A stretch of DNA of 64,000 nucleotides, from assembly GCA_963724825.1 (NCBI GenBank), contig CAVRWT010000003.1, positions 183,807-247,806 of the forward strand, written 5' to 3'. This document shows, piece by piece, positions 28,204 to 39,099 of this stretch; the first letter of the stretch is position 1; each line of letters begins with the position of its first letter. The position numbers were made by a program, and so were the translations under genes. This DNA comes from an uncultured Acidobacteriota bacterium (GTDB taxonomy: Bacteria > Actinomycetota > Acidimicrobiia > Spongiisociales > ZC4RG35). A model generated the notes under the pieces. The model was given only the letters and a program-made list of their open reading frames with translations. It was not told where the DNA came from and made no database searches.

Positions 28204-28984
28204 TCAAACCCAAGTCTGCGGGTCGAGTTGGGTCAGATCGACCACTTCGACGCCGACTCGGGACCGGATCATCTCGAGCAGTGATGCCATGCCCGGGCGC
28301 TCGGTGGCGATGTGCCCCGGGGTCGATGACCGACAGACCCGCATCCAGTGCCGCCACCGCCTTGTGATGGCCCACATCTCCGGTGACGAGGACGTCGGCG
28401 AGAACTGCAGCCTGATCGACGAAATCCGAGCCGGATCCGGGAACGACGGCCACCCGGCCCACCAGTTCGTCGAGGTTCCCCGAGACCCGGGGTGAGGTCG
28501 TCGCCAGGACTTTGGCCACCAATCCCGCCAGATCGCGAAGACTCCCCTGGTAACTCCCGACCCGCCCGATGTCGGGCAGTCCTTGCTCTTCGTCGGCCCC
28601 AAACGGCACCGGTGTCAACAAGCCGAGGGCCGCGGCGAGGGAATCGGCGGCCCCACCTGGCGCGGCGTCGAAGTCGGTGTGAGCCACGACCACATTGACC
28701 CGGGCCTGTATCAGGCGAACGGCACGCGCCACCGGCGAGCGACCCGCGGTCAGGCGATTGGTGGGCGCGAACAAGAGGGGGTGGTAGCTGATCAGGAGGT
28801 CGATCGGGGCGGCCTCGATTGCCGAGACGACGGCCTCGGTCACTTCGTGACAGACGCCGATCTGGGCCACCGTGGCATCGGGGTCTCCGATCTGAAGCCC
28901 CACCGGGTCCCAGGCCGCAGCCGTCTCGGGGCGAATGACTTCGGCGAGCGAGGCCAGAACGTCGGCAACGGTGGTCACCATGAG
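28204..28984 (-). pseudogene. Nif3-like dinuclear-metal protein (GTP cyclohydrolase I type 2 family), +1 frameshift near 28330
   Basis: The body '[12 protein letters not shown]...HTDFDAAPGG...' is in the frame of ORF 27473..29173. The true C-terminus 'GHIATERPGMASLLEMIRSRVGVEVVDLTQLDPQTWV*' is in ORF 28204..28602. The junction is at a 'ccccggggc' run. Confidence 0.7.
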
Positions 28985-29099
28985 GATGGTAGGAGTGTCC
29001 GGCCCCCGTCGACCGTTGTCCCCCCTTTCCAAGGGGGGACCGCCCGAGCTCCGCTCGGGCGATGGGGGGTTAGCCACCGTCCCTATCCTCCTCATCCAA

Positions 29100-30138
29100 A
29101 TGGATCTCACCGCCCCCCTCGCCTTCCAGCCTCCGAGCGGATGGCAAAAGGTGGTCGTCGTCGACTCCCACACCGGTGGTGAGCCATTCCGGATCGTGGT
29201 TTCAGGGGTCCCCCAGCCCGTTGGCGATACCGTCCTCGAGCGGCGTCGCTACGCCGAATCGCATCTCGATCATCTGCGTCGGATCCTGATGTGGGAGCCG
29301 AGAGGGCACTCAGACATGTATGGAGCATTGATCGGGCCCCCAACGGCCGAGGACAGCGACCTGTCCGTGCTCTTCATGCACAACGAGGGCTTCTCGACCA
29401 TGTGCGGCCACGGGATCATCGCTCTCGACCAAGGTCGCCCTCGACACCGGCATCCTCCCCGTGACCGGGCCGGAGACCACGATTCGCATCGACACCCCGG
29501 CGGGTCAGGTGGTGGCCACGGCGAGCGTGTCCGGCGGGGTGGTCGACCGGGTTCGCTTCCGCAACGTGCCCTCGTTTGTCCTCGAACTCGACGCCACCGT
29601 GGAGGTGCCTGGCCACGGCACGGTCGCCTACGACCTGGCCTTCGGCGGTGGCTTCTATGCCTACGTCGATGTGGCGACCGTCGGGCTGACCTGCACTCCC
29701 GCCGACGCTGCCGGTTTGATCGAGATGGGGCGCCGGATCAAGCAGGCGGTCAACGCCTCCCGGGAGATGCGCCACCCGTTGGAGGAGGATCTGAGCTTCC
29801 TCTACGGCGTGATCTTCGTCGGGCCTCCCCAGGACCCGGCCAACCACTCCCGCAACGTCTGCATCTTCGCCGAGGGCGAGCTGGATCGGTCACCTACGGG
29901 CACCGGGGTCAGCGGCCGGCTTGCCATCCACCACGCCCGGGGAGACATCGGGATCGACGAGCCGATCGTCGTCGAGAGCATCGTGGGGAGCACCTTCACG
30001 GGGCGCGTCGCCAAGACCGTCGAATTCGAGGGGCTGCCGGCGATCATTCCGGAGATCGAGGGGCAGGCCCACATCCTCGGCCGAAGTGAGTACTGGATCG
30101 ACGCTGCCGACAAGCTCGCCGAGGGGTTCCTGGTGTGA
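29100..30138 (+). pseudogene. Proline racemase / 4-hydroxyproline epimerase / trans-3-hydroxy-L-proline dehydratase family protein, one frameshift near 29425
   Basis: N-terminal part 'MDLTAPLAF...[19 protein letters not shown]...CGHGIIAL' (inside ORF 28935..30089). C-terminal part '[17 protein letters not shown]...' is ORF 29461..30138 in another frame. Confidence 0.7.
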
Positions 30139-30262
30139 TCAGGTCCACCCCGAATTCATCACGTTCGACCAGTGAATGCGTCCGGCAGTAGATTCTGCCG
30201 ACACGCCACGTCCGCGACTGTTCCTCGCTGTGGTCAACGACCGGCCAACGTGAAGGACCGTC

Positions 30263-31254
30263 TTGCATCTCCTGATGGGTTTCGACAGCAACTACGCCAT
30301 GCCGGCTGCAGTCACGATTCGCTCATTGGGCCGATCACTGTGCCGCGCGAGTCCACAACCATCCACATTCTCGGTGTCGATTTGAGCGCCGAGGCCCGCG
30401 GACGGATCGAAGAGTCCGACAACCCCTTCAATCCAGCTGGTCTGGTAACGACTTCGACCCGAGTCAGATCGCCGATCTCCCCGATCTCCTCGATCAAAGA
30501 TGAGATCTACATCACAAGGTCGGCCTACACCCCGATCTTCTTCGATCACTACATCCACCCCGAAGTTGACCGGTTCCGCCTTCCTCCTGGACAGCGGACA
30601 CCCTGGTTCGACAGTCGCCTCTCGCCGTCATCCTGAATCTCGGTGACGCACCCTGGCGGCGGTGCAGGACTTCGGTTGCTCCACCGCGATCGGGCTGCCC
30701 AGAGGAGTCGCCGGATGGCGGGAAATGGGGCTGGACGGACGGCTGCCCGCCTTCAACACCCAGGGTTCGTGCTCATCGACCGTGCGGCGTGGAAGGCAAG
30801 CCGGGTCGAGGACCGGTGCATCGACTATCTGACTCGTTTTGGGTCTTCGATGACGAACTACGGGACCGACCCCCTCCACCAACGCCGGCGGTATCACCAC
30901 CTCGACTCGAAGTGGAACTACCAGGTCGTGATCGAGTGGGCGTTTGGAGGCGACAAGGCCATGGCCTACGCCTTCATCGCACACGACCAACTCGACGAAG
31001 CTCGCTCCAACCCGGCGATCGTTCACTACAACGGTGACCTCAAACCGTGGCTCACAAAAGGAAGCAAGTTGCCATTCCTCGCCGAGTGGCAGGCCGCACT
31101 CGATGAAACGGCGTGGCGGGGAACCCCACCGGCCGCTCCGAAGCGAGCTTCGCCCTGGCAAATCGCCAAATACCGTGGCCGAAAGGCGAGTCGCGCCCGT
31201 TCGGACGTTGACCACCTATGGCGCGGGCTACGCAAGGTGATCGTCTGGCGGTGA
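30263..31254 (+). pseudogene. Glycosyltransferase family 8 (LgtC/RfaJ-like) pseudogene with at least five frameshifts
   Basis: GT8 signature pieces lie in successive frames: 'LHLLMGFDSNYAMPAAVTIRSLG', 'TIHILGVDLSAEARGRIEE', 'AFLLDS', 'ADTLVRQSPLAVILNLGDAP', 'LAAVQDFGCSTAIGLPRG', then 'GFVLIDRAAWKAS...HYNGDLKPW' (ORF 30643..31254). Confidence 0.65.
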
Positions 31255-31369
31255 TCGGCTGGGGCCGCAGCTGAAAAGATACCATCCCCGGCTCTGAAAC
31301 GGATCGGATGGAAACCGTCCTCCTCGTCGATCCGAATCTCGATAGGGCGCAATTGCTGGCTGCGGAGGT

Positions 31370-31443
31370 TGGGCGTTGAGGGACTTGAACCCCCGACCCC
31401 TGCCTTGTAAGGGCAGTGCTCTAGCCAACTGAGCTAAACGCCC
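31370..31443 (-). tRNA. tRNA-Val (anticodon TAC)
   Basis: The minus-strand sequence GGGCGTTTAGCTCAGTTGGCTAGAGCACTGCCCTTACAAGGCAGGGGTCGGGGGTTCAAGTCCCTCAACGCCCA forms a cloverleaf. The anticodon loop is CTTACAA. There is no encoded CCA. The overlapping ORF 31228..31428 is spurious. Confidence 0.85.
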
Positions 31444-31465
31444 GGGATGATCAGTTTACGAGGGA

Positions 31466-32305
31466 TCAGTATCCGCTCAGTGCGCCGATCTTTCGCCCGT
31501 AGTCGAGGGTGCGCCCGAAGGTCCACATGGCTATCGGGTACATCACTAGCGAGAACACGGCCAGGGCGCCGATCGCCTGCAGAGCCGTCGGACCGGCAAG
31601 CACCTCACCCTGAGGCATCATCACGCGCCGCAGGGCCTGGATCACGTAGGTGTGTGGGATCACCCAGGAGAAGGCACGAACCCAACTCGGCAGCAGCTCT
31701 AAGGGGAAGAAGGCGCCCGACAGGACCGAAGCCGCAATGGTGTAGAGCTGCAACACCGGGTCGCTGCGCTTGGAGATCACCTTGATGCTCGCCCCGAGTA
31801 TCCCGATGGACAACGTGGCCAGAAGACCCATGATGACGATCACGATGGCGGCGGGTATGCCCGAGGCGGCGTACTCGGCTCCCAGTGGGATCGACAGCAA
31901 CACCATGACCGAGACGGTGGCGACATTCTCGACGAGCGGCCAGGGCAGGATCGCAAAGGGCAGCGCCCGCCATGGCACTGGCTCGACCAGGAACATCTCC
32001 AACTGCCCCTGGGTGACGAAGGCAAGCATCGCGCTGCCGAACGCATTGAGGGTCACACCCAGGAGCGTCATCGCTGCGACTCCGAGCACGACAAACGTGT
32101 AGTAGTCGAAGGCCACGTCGCGGCTGTCGTTGCCCACCAGTTCGGCGACGAATTTGAAGGTGATCACGGGGACGAAGGCGGAGAGCCCGTGCATCACCAG
32201 CGCCAACGGGTAATTGAGGGAGTCCCGCACCGCGATCAGGAAGAAGGCGTTCCCGATCTGACCCCACCGCCTCACCCGCTTCACGGGACCTGAGAGGACG
32301 CTCAT
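31466..32305 (-). CDS. ABC-2 type transporter permease
   Basis: 279 aa, six TM segments, directly downstream of the ATPase gene with an overlapping stop/start. Confidence 0.7.
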   Translation of the reverse strand: MSVLSGPVKRVRRWGQIGNAFFLIAVRDSLNYPLALVMHGLSAFVPVITFKFVAELVGNDSRDVAFDYYTFVVLGVAAMTLLGVTLNAFGSAMLAFVTQGQLEMFLVEPVPWRALPFAILPWPLVENVATVSVMVLLSIPLGAEYAASGIPAAIVIVIMGLLATLSIGILGASIKVISKRSDPVLQLYTIAASVLSGAFFPLELLPSWVRAFSWVIPHTYVIQALRRVMMPQGEVLAGPTALQAIGALAVFSLVMYPIAMWTFGRTLDYGRKIGALSGY

Positions 32306-33297
32306 TCCTCTTCGTCCCCGGTGACGCGAAGCATGTTGCGCAGCACCTCACGCAAGCGGGGCTGTGTGAGCCCGATCGAATGGATGTGATCGACATGAGC
32401 ATCGATCTCACGGATGATGAGCCCCATCGGCAGCTCGGTGCTCACCACCAGATGCGACCCATCCAAGTCGACGCCGTTGACTCCTGGCAGCCGTTCGAGC
32501 AGGGTCATGACGTTCCCAGCCGATTGCTCGCCGTCGAATTCGATCTCGATCACCGGCTTCTTCGCTTGGGCGAGCATCAGGTCGAGGTCGCCGGAGTGGA
32601 CGACGTGTCCCTTGTTGAGCAAGACGACCTTGTCGTCCAGAAGTTCGACCTCGTCCAAGCGGTGGGAGCTGATCAGGACTGCGAGCTTTCGCTCTCTGGC
32701 GATCCCCTGGATGAGGGTGAGCAACTCGAAGGAAGCGATCGGATCGACCGCAGCTGTCGGCTCATCGAGGATCAGGACCGCCGGCTCGTGGAAGATCGCC
32801 CGAGCCAGCATGAGGCGAGCCAGCATCCCCGAGGAGAGGGCGAAACCCACACGATCTCGGGCCTCGTACAGCCCGACCTGCTCCAGAGTCTCGTCGACCC
32901 GGTCCTTTAGGTCATGCTTCGAGACCCCCTGGAGACGACCATGAAATGCCAGGTTCTCCCGACAGGAGTGCCTCAGCAGCAGAGTCCGGTTCTCGGCCGG
33001 CATGAACCCGATCAGGCGCCGCACCGCCGTCGACTGGGTGGTGGTGTCGTATCCGAGGATCGACGCCGACCCGCTGGTTGGGGTAGTCAAACCGGTGAGC
33101 ACCCGGAAGAGCGTCGATTTCCCGGCGCCGTTCGGGCCGAGGACCGCCACCATGTCGCCAGGGTGCACTTCCAGCGAGATCTCGTCGACGGCTACCACCG
33201 CCTCTTTGACCGAAGTTCGGAGCAGCAGCTTCATCCACCGGGTGTACGGCTCATAGACCTTGCGTAAATGGTCGATGATGACGATGGGATCAGACAT
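32302..33297 (-). CDS. ABC transporter ATP-binding protein (ABC-2 exporter family, C-terminal accessory domain)
   Basis: Starts 'MSDPIVIIDHLRKVY'. Walker A 'GPNGAGKST', 'LSSGMLARL' and Walker B 'LILDEPTAAVD'. The upstream 163 codons of ORF 32302..33786 look non-coding. Confidence 0.75.
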   Translation of the reverse strand: MSDPIVIIDHLRKVYEPYTRWMKLLLRTSVKEAVVAVDEISLEVHPGDMVAVLGPNGAGKSTLFRVLTGLTTPTSGSASILGYDTTTQSTAVRRLIGFMPAENRTLLLRHSCRENLAFHGRLQGVSKHDLKDRVDETLEQVGLYEARDRVGFALSSGMLARLMLARAIFHEPAVLILDEPTAAVDPIASFELLTLIQGIARERKLAVLISSHRLDEVELLDDKVVLLNKGHVVHSGDLDLMLAQAKKPVIEIEFDGEQSAGNVMTLLERLPGVNGVDLDGSHLVVSTELPMGLIIREIDAHVDHIHSIGLTQPRLREVLRNMLRVTGDEEE

Positions 33298-33438
33298 GTA
33301 TTCCTTCTTGCGATCCCGTGTCGGGCCGAAACAGGGAGCGAGACTACCGGCAGACCAGCCATTTGCTATCGGCGGAACTTGCCCTCGCCTGTAAGGCGTC
33401 GCCGATCGCGGCCACTCGCCTGCTGAACTGGACCGAAG

Positions 33439-34340
33439 ATGACAGATGCCGTGAAGCTCTATGGAGTCCTCGTGACCTACGCCAGGACTGCCTCGCTCGC
33501 TGTCACGTTGGAGCGGCTTCGGGCACAGACCCGCCAGCTCGATCACCTCTATGTCGTGGACAACGGGAGTAGCCCCGAGGCCCGCCAACTCGTCGAGCAA
33601 TGCGCCTTCGCCGCCACCTATCTCGACGCCGGAGACAATGTCGGCCCGGCCGGTGGTTATGCCCTTGGCATGGAAACGATCCTCCAAGAGGCCAACGATT
33701 CCTGACTGGATCTTCCTTTTCGACGACGATGACCCGCCCTTCTTCGACGATGCCCTAGAGAACGCAGGGCTTTTCGCGGAACGCATGACGATGGCTCATC
33801 GAGAGGTTGGTGCGGTCGGCATCAGCGGAGGTCGATTCGACTTCGGCTCGGGCCGTGTGATCCGGATTGGCGACGCCGACATCAAAGGACCGGTCTCCGT
33901 CCACCACATCACGGGAGGCGGGCTGCCCGCCTATCGGGTCGGTGCCGTTCGACAGGTCGGCGTATTCCTGGCCGAGCTCTTCTTCGGCTTCGAAGAGCTC
34001 GAATACGGATTGCGGCTGACTGCTGCCGGCCACGGGTTGTTTGCCGACGGGGACGAGTGGGCACGGTCGGAAGTCGGTAAAACGGGAAGCCGGGCTCCTC
34101 CAATCCGAGGAGGACTCCGTCGCAGTGTCCGAAGCAGACCTCGCTTCGCCTCAGTGGGACCCCATGGCGTCGGTACTACAGCCTCCGCAACATGATCTAC
34201 TTGCTGCGCCGCCATGGCCGCACCGCCACCGCAATCAAGGTCGCTGCAAGCCGTGGCGTCGGGAAACCGCTCGCCAACATCGTCACCAGCCCTGGGCTGG
34301 CATGGGAATCAGCTCAGACTGAACTTGCGAGCGATCCGTG
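33439..34340 (+). pseudogene. Glycosyltransferase family 2 (rhamnosyltransferase-like) with at least three frameshifts
   Basis: 'VLVTYAR...YVVDNGSS' is ORF 33439..33705. 'DWIFLFDDDDPPF...' is ORF 33551..34195. The conserved C-terminus 'YYSLRNMIYLLRRHGRTATAIKVAASRGVGKPL' is in a third frame ending about 34340. Confidence 0.6.
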
Positions 34341-34380
34341 ATGGCTTCGGTGGCCGAATGGGGCGGACCGTCGAGCCCGG

Positions 34381-35158
34381 CTAACCGGAGTCGAACCAGA
34401 CCCGTTTCTGACCGGTGCCGGTGGCAAGCAGGTCCCCAACGCTGCGTGGCATGCAGCCCCTTTCCCGCGAGACCGACCAGGACTGCCTCCACCACGTCCG
34501 CCTTGCCGCCTGGCGGGTGTGGAATCCTCCTGGGCCGGGAGTCGGTGTCCAGCCATCGTGGAGCAAGACGACCGACCCGAGACCCGATTGCTCGACTGCC
34601 CGTCCCACGATCTCGTCGGTGCCCTTCTGATCCCAGTCGTGAGGATCGACCGACCACATGATCACTTTCATGCCCCGAGACCGCGTCATCAGAAAGCTGC
34701 TAATCGTTTGCGCCCCGTACGGCGGTCGGAAGAGCCTGATCGGGCCTCCAACCACGGCTGACAACCGGTCCCGGCCGCCGTGAATCCTGTCAGCCACCTG
34801 ACGGCTGCCAAGACGAGTCAAGTTGTCGTGGTTCGCCCCATGCAGGGCTGCCTCGTGGCCCTCGGCGACCACGCGCTCGCGCAATCTCGGGATATTGCTC
34901 GGCCCGCTCGGAGAGCATGAAGAAGGTCGCCGTGGCACGACGTTCCGCGAGCAGGTCGAGGACCGCGGGGGTGACCACGGGGTCGGGGCCGTCGTCAAAC
35001 GTCAGCGCAACGATGGGCTTCGTGGTACGACCGCTGTTATCGAGCCCAATGCCTTGGTCGCGAGCGGTGGAACCCATCCCCAACTGGCGCAACGGCGTCG
35101 GCAGACTCTGAGCTTTGCGCTCCACCTTGACGACTGCGTTGCGAACCCGATCCGGCAT
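34381..35158 (-). pseudogene. Polysaccharide deacetylase (CE4/NodB) with at least two frameshifts
   Basis: 'IVALTFDDGPDPVVTPAVLDLLAERRATATFF' is ORF 34790..35158. 'HGANHDNLTRLG...RLFRPPYG...VVLLHDG' is ORF 34381..34998. The tail 'GGKADVVEAVLVGLAG' is in ORF 34283..34657. Confidence 0.6.
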
Positions 35159-35276
35159 CTACCCCACCATTCCTCGACGCCCACGCCTCCCCGGCGCGAC
35201 AATCGCGATCCTACAAGAGGGGGTTCAAGCCACCCCAGCTTGACCTACCGGTTGTCTCCGTGAGAATGCGTGAGCC

Positions 35277-36264
35277 ATGACTTCGCCATTGGTAACTGTT
35301 GTGATCACCACCAAGGACCGCCACCAACTGGCTGACCGGGCCCTGGCCGGCTCTCCAGCAGACCTTCTCCGACCTCGAAGTGGTCGTTGTGGACGACGGT
35401 TCCACCCCTGCCTACGAGCCATCTGTCACCGATGGCCGGATCCGTCTTCTACGCAATGACTCATCTCGCGGCGTTTCCCGGCACGGAATGCCGCTCTTGC
35501 GGTCGCGAATGGGGAATGGATCGCCTTTCTCGATGACGACGATGCTTGGCGCCCTCAGATGCTGGAGGTGTCGCTACAGGCAGCAGCCGAGTCGAACCTC
35601 CCCGAACCGGTGTCGGTGCTCTCCGGAGCAGAGATCAGAGATCCCGATGGGAAAGTTCTGAGGACACGTTTCCCGCCGACTCTTTCCCGGGGACAGCACT
35701 ACTTCCTCGAAGACCTCTCCGAAGGTGGGAGCTTCCAGACCCACGCAACCTTGGTTGCTCCGACTGATGTGGTGCGGGCCATCGGTGGCTTCGACGAAGC
35801 GCTGTTGGCCAGCGTCCACGACGACTTCTACCTTCGCCTCAATGCGGTGAGCTCGATTCAGGGCACGCCGATCGTCACCTATGAGATCACAGCCCACCCT
35901 GGGTCACGGGTCTCCAAGTCCGTCCTGGCCCGAGCGGAGGCGATGGAATCGAACAGTCGCCAAACACAAGGAGAAGTTCAGCCAGCACCCGCGGCGCTAC
36001 GCCAAGTACTTGTCGATGATGGGAGCCACTTATCTGCGGGCCGGCAAATGGGGGCCGGCGGTCAAGGCGACGACACGTTCGATCGTGGTCGACCCGGGTC
36101 GTGGAGAGTCCTATCGCTGGTGGCTGGCGTCCCTTGGTGGTCCATGGACTCTCCGGGTCGGGCGCCGGGTCCTCGGTGAAGACACCGAGAAGGCCGAACG
36201 ACGAGTCAAGTATGCGGGGTCGGACCCGGAACCGGACCGGTCGCAAGCCGAAATGGAAGGCTGA
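35277..36264 (+). pseudogene. Glycosyltransferase family 2 with at least three frameshifts
   Basis: Fragments in four frames: 'PLVTVVITTKDRHQLADRAL', 'LEVVVVDDGSTPAYEPSVTDGRIRLLRNDSSRGVS', 'AARNAALAVANGEWIAFLDDDDAW...' (my translation, joining ORF 35559..36179), and 'AKHKEKFSQHPRRYAKYLSMMGATYLRAGKW...' (ORF 35881..36264). Confidence 0.6.
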
Positions 36265-36269
36265 CCATC

Positions 36270-36998
36270 GTGGCGAGATACAGAAAGACCGCGCGGCTGG
36301 TTCACACCCTGGGCCTCGACTCGATCGCCCATCGACTTGCAGGCTCGCTCTGCGAAGTCGCCACCGACCGACCGGTGTTTCATCTCACCTTCGACGATGG
36401 CCCCCACCCCGAGGTCACGCCCCGGCTTCTCGACCTCTTGGAAAGCCGCCAGGCTCCGGCAACGTTCTTCGTCCTCACCGAGGCGGCGGCGGCGAACCCT
36501 GAGCTGGCCCGGGAGATCTTGGGGCGTGGGCATGACATCGGGCTGCACAGCCGAACCCACCCCCGCCTCTCGACCGCCCCGTTCTCGACGCTCGTCGACG
36601 AGATTTGGAAGGCGCATCACGAACTCGAGGCACTCGTCGAGCGGCCCATTTCGCTCTTCCGCCCGCCCTACGGAGCTCACGGGATTCGCTCGACATACAT
36701 GGTCAAAGCGAGAGGGATGGAAACGGTGCTCTGGTCGGTCGACTCCGAGGACTGGAAGGGATTGCCGCCCGACGAGGCGTTGGACGCCAAGAAACTTCGC
36801 CCCGGTGGGATCCTGCTGCTCCACGACACCCCAGCCAGGGGTTCTGTAGTCGCCGATCAAGACCTTGGTTTGATAGACAAGGTGGAATTGACGGGGCTCT
36901 ATCTCGACGAGCTGAGCAGCCTTGGTCTGAGCCCGGTGTCCCTCGGCGACCTCAGATCAGGCGGCAGTCCTGTGCTCCGGGCCAAGGTCGCCAAGTGA
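36270..36998 (+). CDS. Polysaccharide deacetylase (CE4/NodB), intact
   Basis: 'VFHLTFDDGPHP', 'HSRTHPRL', 'LFRPPYG' and 'ILLLHD' present; 242 aa in a single frame. Confidence 0.8.
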   Translation: MARYRKTARLVHTLGLDSIAHRLAGSLCEVATDRPVFHLTFDDGPHPEVTPRLLDLLESRQAPATFFVLTEAAAANPELAREILGRGHDIGLHSRTHPRLSTAPFSTLVDEIWKAHHELEALVERPISLFRPPYGAHGIRSTYMVKARGMETVLWSVDSEDWKGLPPDEALDAKKLRPGGILLLHDTPARGSVVADQDLGLIDKVELTGLYLDELSSLGLSPVSLGDLRSGGSPVLRAKVAK

Positions 36999-37023
36999 TT
37001 GAGTTCCATCCGGCGAGCCCGAG

Positions 37024-37332
37024 TTGAACCGGCTGGCCATTGCCGAGAGTCTCTTCTCGACCCTCGACAAAGAGCACATCAGATACAGCCACTGGAAGAG
37101 CAACGAGCATCTAGTAGCCGCACTCCAAGGTCTGACCGATCTCGACCTGCTGGTGATGCCGGCCGACAAGGATCGATTCACGGCCATCGTCGCGGATCTC
37201 GGCTTCGTTCCCATGGTGGCTGCCGAGATAGAGATCCCGGAAGTGGAGAGCTACCTGGGATTCGATCCGGATACCGGCACGCTCCTCCACCTCGACGTCC
37301 AATACCGTCTGATCGTCGGTGAGCAGTTATAA
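37024..37332 (+). CDS. Hypothetical protein, nucleotidyltransferase-like N-terminal fragment (102 aa)
   Basis: 'HIRYSHWKSNEHL...GLTDLDLLV'. It ends at TAA. The next ORF (GTG, 37378) is in the same frame after two stops, so this may be a nonsense-split gene. Confidence 0.3.
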   Translation: MNRLAIAESLFSTLDKEHIRYSHWKSNEHLVAALQGLTDLDLLVMPADKDRFTAIVADLGFVPMVAAEIEIPEVESYLGFDPDTGTLLHLDVQYRLIVGEQL

Positions 37333-37377
37333 AACCATCACTTGCCGGTCAGGATTGGCTCTTCGGGTGGTAGTTAG

Positions 37378-38257
37378 GTGTCAGACCCCGGAAGGAAGGC
37401 CGAGGTCACCGGCTTCAAGGAGCGTGTCGTACTCGACACCGTCGACTGGCGTTACGTCCTCGACCGCAGACAGTCGCTCCGGAAACGACTCAGACAGCAC
37501 GAACGCCTCCGGCGTTATCAGGCGATCTCGAAACGGCTGGGCTTGTGGTTTCGCTCGACCTCAATGGCGAGGAGGCTCGGCTGGGGCATCCCGAAGAGGA
37601 AGCTGGCCGGAAAAGCCCCTCTGGTCGCCACGGTTGGCGCCGACGGTTCGGGCAAGAGCCGGCTGACCAAAGACCTGGAGCGATGGCTGGGGTGGAAGCT
37701 CGAGGTGCGACACGTCTACTTCGGCCAGCCCAAAGGCGGGGTGGTTTGGAGGCTGCTCAGCAAACCAGGGAGCCTTCACGCGCAAAGGTGGGGACAGTCC
37801 GGGCAGTATCCGCAAAGTGGCCACACGCACCGATACCTGGAAGTGGTTGTGGCTGGCCAGACACCGGCGTCGGCTGGCTCAGAAGGCGCGGGATGACACC
37901 CGGAATGGAGTGACCGTCATCGCCGAGCGCTTCCCGCTCGCCGAGTTTTACCCCATGAGCGAGCCGATGGATGGCCCGCGGCTTCAAGGGTCCTCAGGCG
38001 GTACTGCGAGGAGAGAGCTCGCCATATATCGAGGCATCGAGCCGCCCGACTTAACGATCATTCTCCAAACCGACTTGGGAACCCTCCGCGATCGCAAGCT
38101 CGATCTCACTCTCGAGGAGCACACAGCGAAAGTGGAGGCAGTGGCCGGACTGACGCCGGGTCCGGGTCGTGTCATCATCGACGCCGGTCCCCCATACGAA
38201 AGAGTCCTTCTCGAGGCAAAGGCCGCAGTCTGGGAGGCGATCCTTGCGACACGTTGA
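37378..38257 (+). pseudogene. P-loop NTPase/kinase-like protein, one frameshift near 37810
   Basis: Walker A 'VGADGSGKS' is in ORF 37378..37896. The continuation 'VTVIAERFPLAEFYP...LTIILQTDLG' is ORF 37817..38257. Confidence 0.45.
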
Positions 38258-38990
38258 GTTCCTTGGCCTGCCCGGGTCCGGGAAGACCACTCTCGTCACC
38301 AAGGTGGTGGCGGCCTTGGATGGTGCGATCGAGCTCGAGGATGCGGTGCGCTCGGCCGTCGCCGCCGGCGGCATCGATGCCACTTCCAGGACCGCAGCCC
38401 GGGTTTCAAGGTCGAGCTCGAGCCGTCTTTGGAAGAGCGCCTACGCCCGATCTACTGACCGCTTCGATGCACTGAAGAGGTTCCTCTCGGCGCATCCCCA
38501 GCTCATGGAGACCGTCCTCGCCGCTCAAAGGGAACGCCGTGATCGTGACCGCGGTCAGGACCTGGTCTTGGGGTGGGTGATGAATCTGTTCGCTCGATAC
38601 CAACTCGCCACCGAGGCCGAAGCTTCCGAGTTTCTGCTGATCGATGAAGGGTTCTGCCAGCGGGCGCTGGCCCTGTTTGGATACGGCTTCGCCCCGGAGG
38701 ATCAACCTCGCCTCAATGACTATCTCACCGAGATGCCGAGACCCGAGGTAGTCGTCCTGGTCGAGACGCCGCTCGCCAGATGTGTGGAGCGTCTCGACAA
38801 GAGAGGTTGGTCGGAGCGACTCATCGGGCTCTCGCCTGACGTTCGCCGCGGCTTCCTCGACACTTCGTTCGAGGTGTTGGGACAGGTGGCCGACCAAGCT
38901 GAAAGGCTGGGCTCCCGGGTCATCCGCGTTGACGGCGAGCAACCGGCAGACGTCGGAAGCCAGGCCGTGGTCGTTCTCCTCGCTGGCTGA
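38244..38990 (+). CDS. P-loop NTPase (sulfotransferase/kinase-like), TTG start inferred at 'MRHVEFLGLPGSGKTT'
   Basis: Walker A 'GLPGSGKTT' sits at the extreme N-terminus. The upstream part of ORF 38169..38990 overlaps the preceding gene. Confidence 0.45.
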   Translation: MRHVEFLGLPGSGKTTLVTKVVAALDGAIELEDAVRSAVAAGGIDATSRTAARVSRSSSSRLWKSAYARSTDRFDALKRFLSAHPQLMETVLAAQRERRDRDRGQDLVLGWVMNLFARYQLATEAEASEFLLIDEGFCQRALALFGYGFAPEDQPRLNDYLTEMPRPEVVVLVETPLARCVERLDKRGWSERLIGLSPDVRRGFLDTSFEVLGQVADQAERLGSRVIRVDGEQPADVGSQAVVVLLAG

Positions 38991-39099
38991 CCCAGCGCCC
39001 GAAGTCATAATTCTGGGAACTTGGTAGCGTCCGCGAAACTTATCGAGATAACCACTTGGAGTGGTCGAACAACCCTCTTAGTATTCACGAACAGAAGCT

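Noticed and set aside
31228-31428. 66-aa ORF
   Set aside because: Overlaps tRNA-Val on the same strand; the tRNA cloverleaf is unambiguous.
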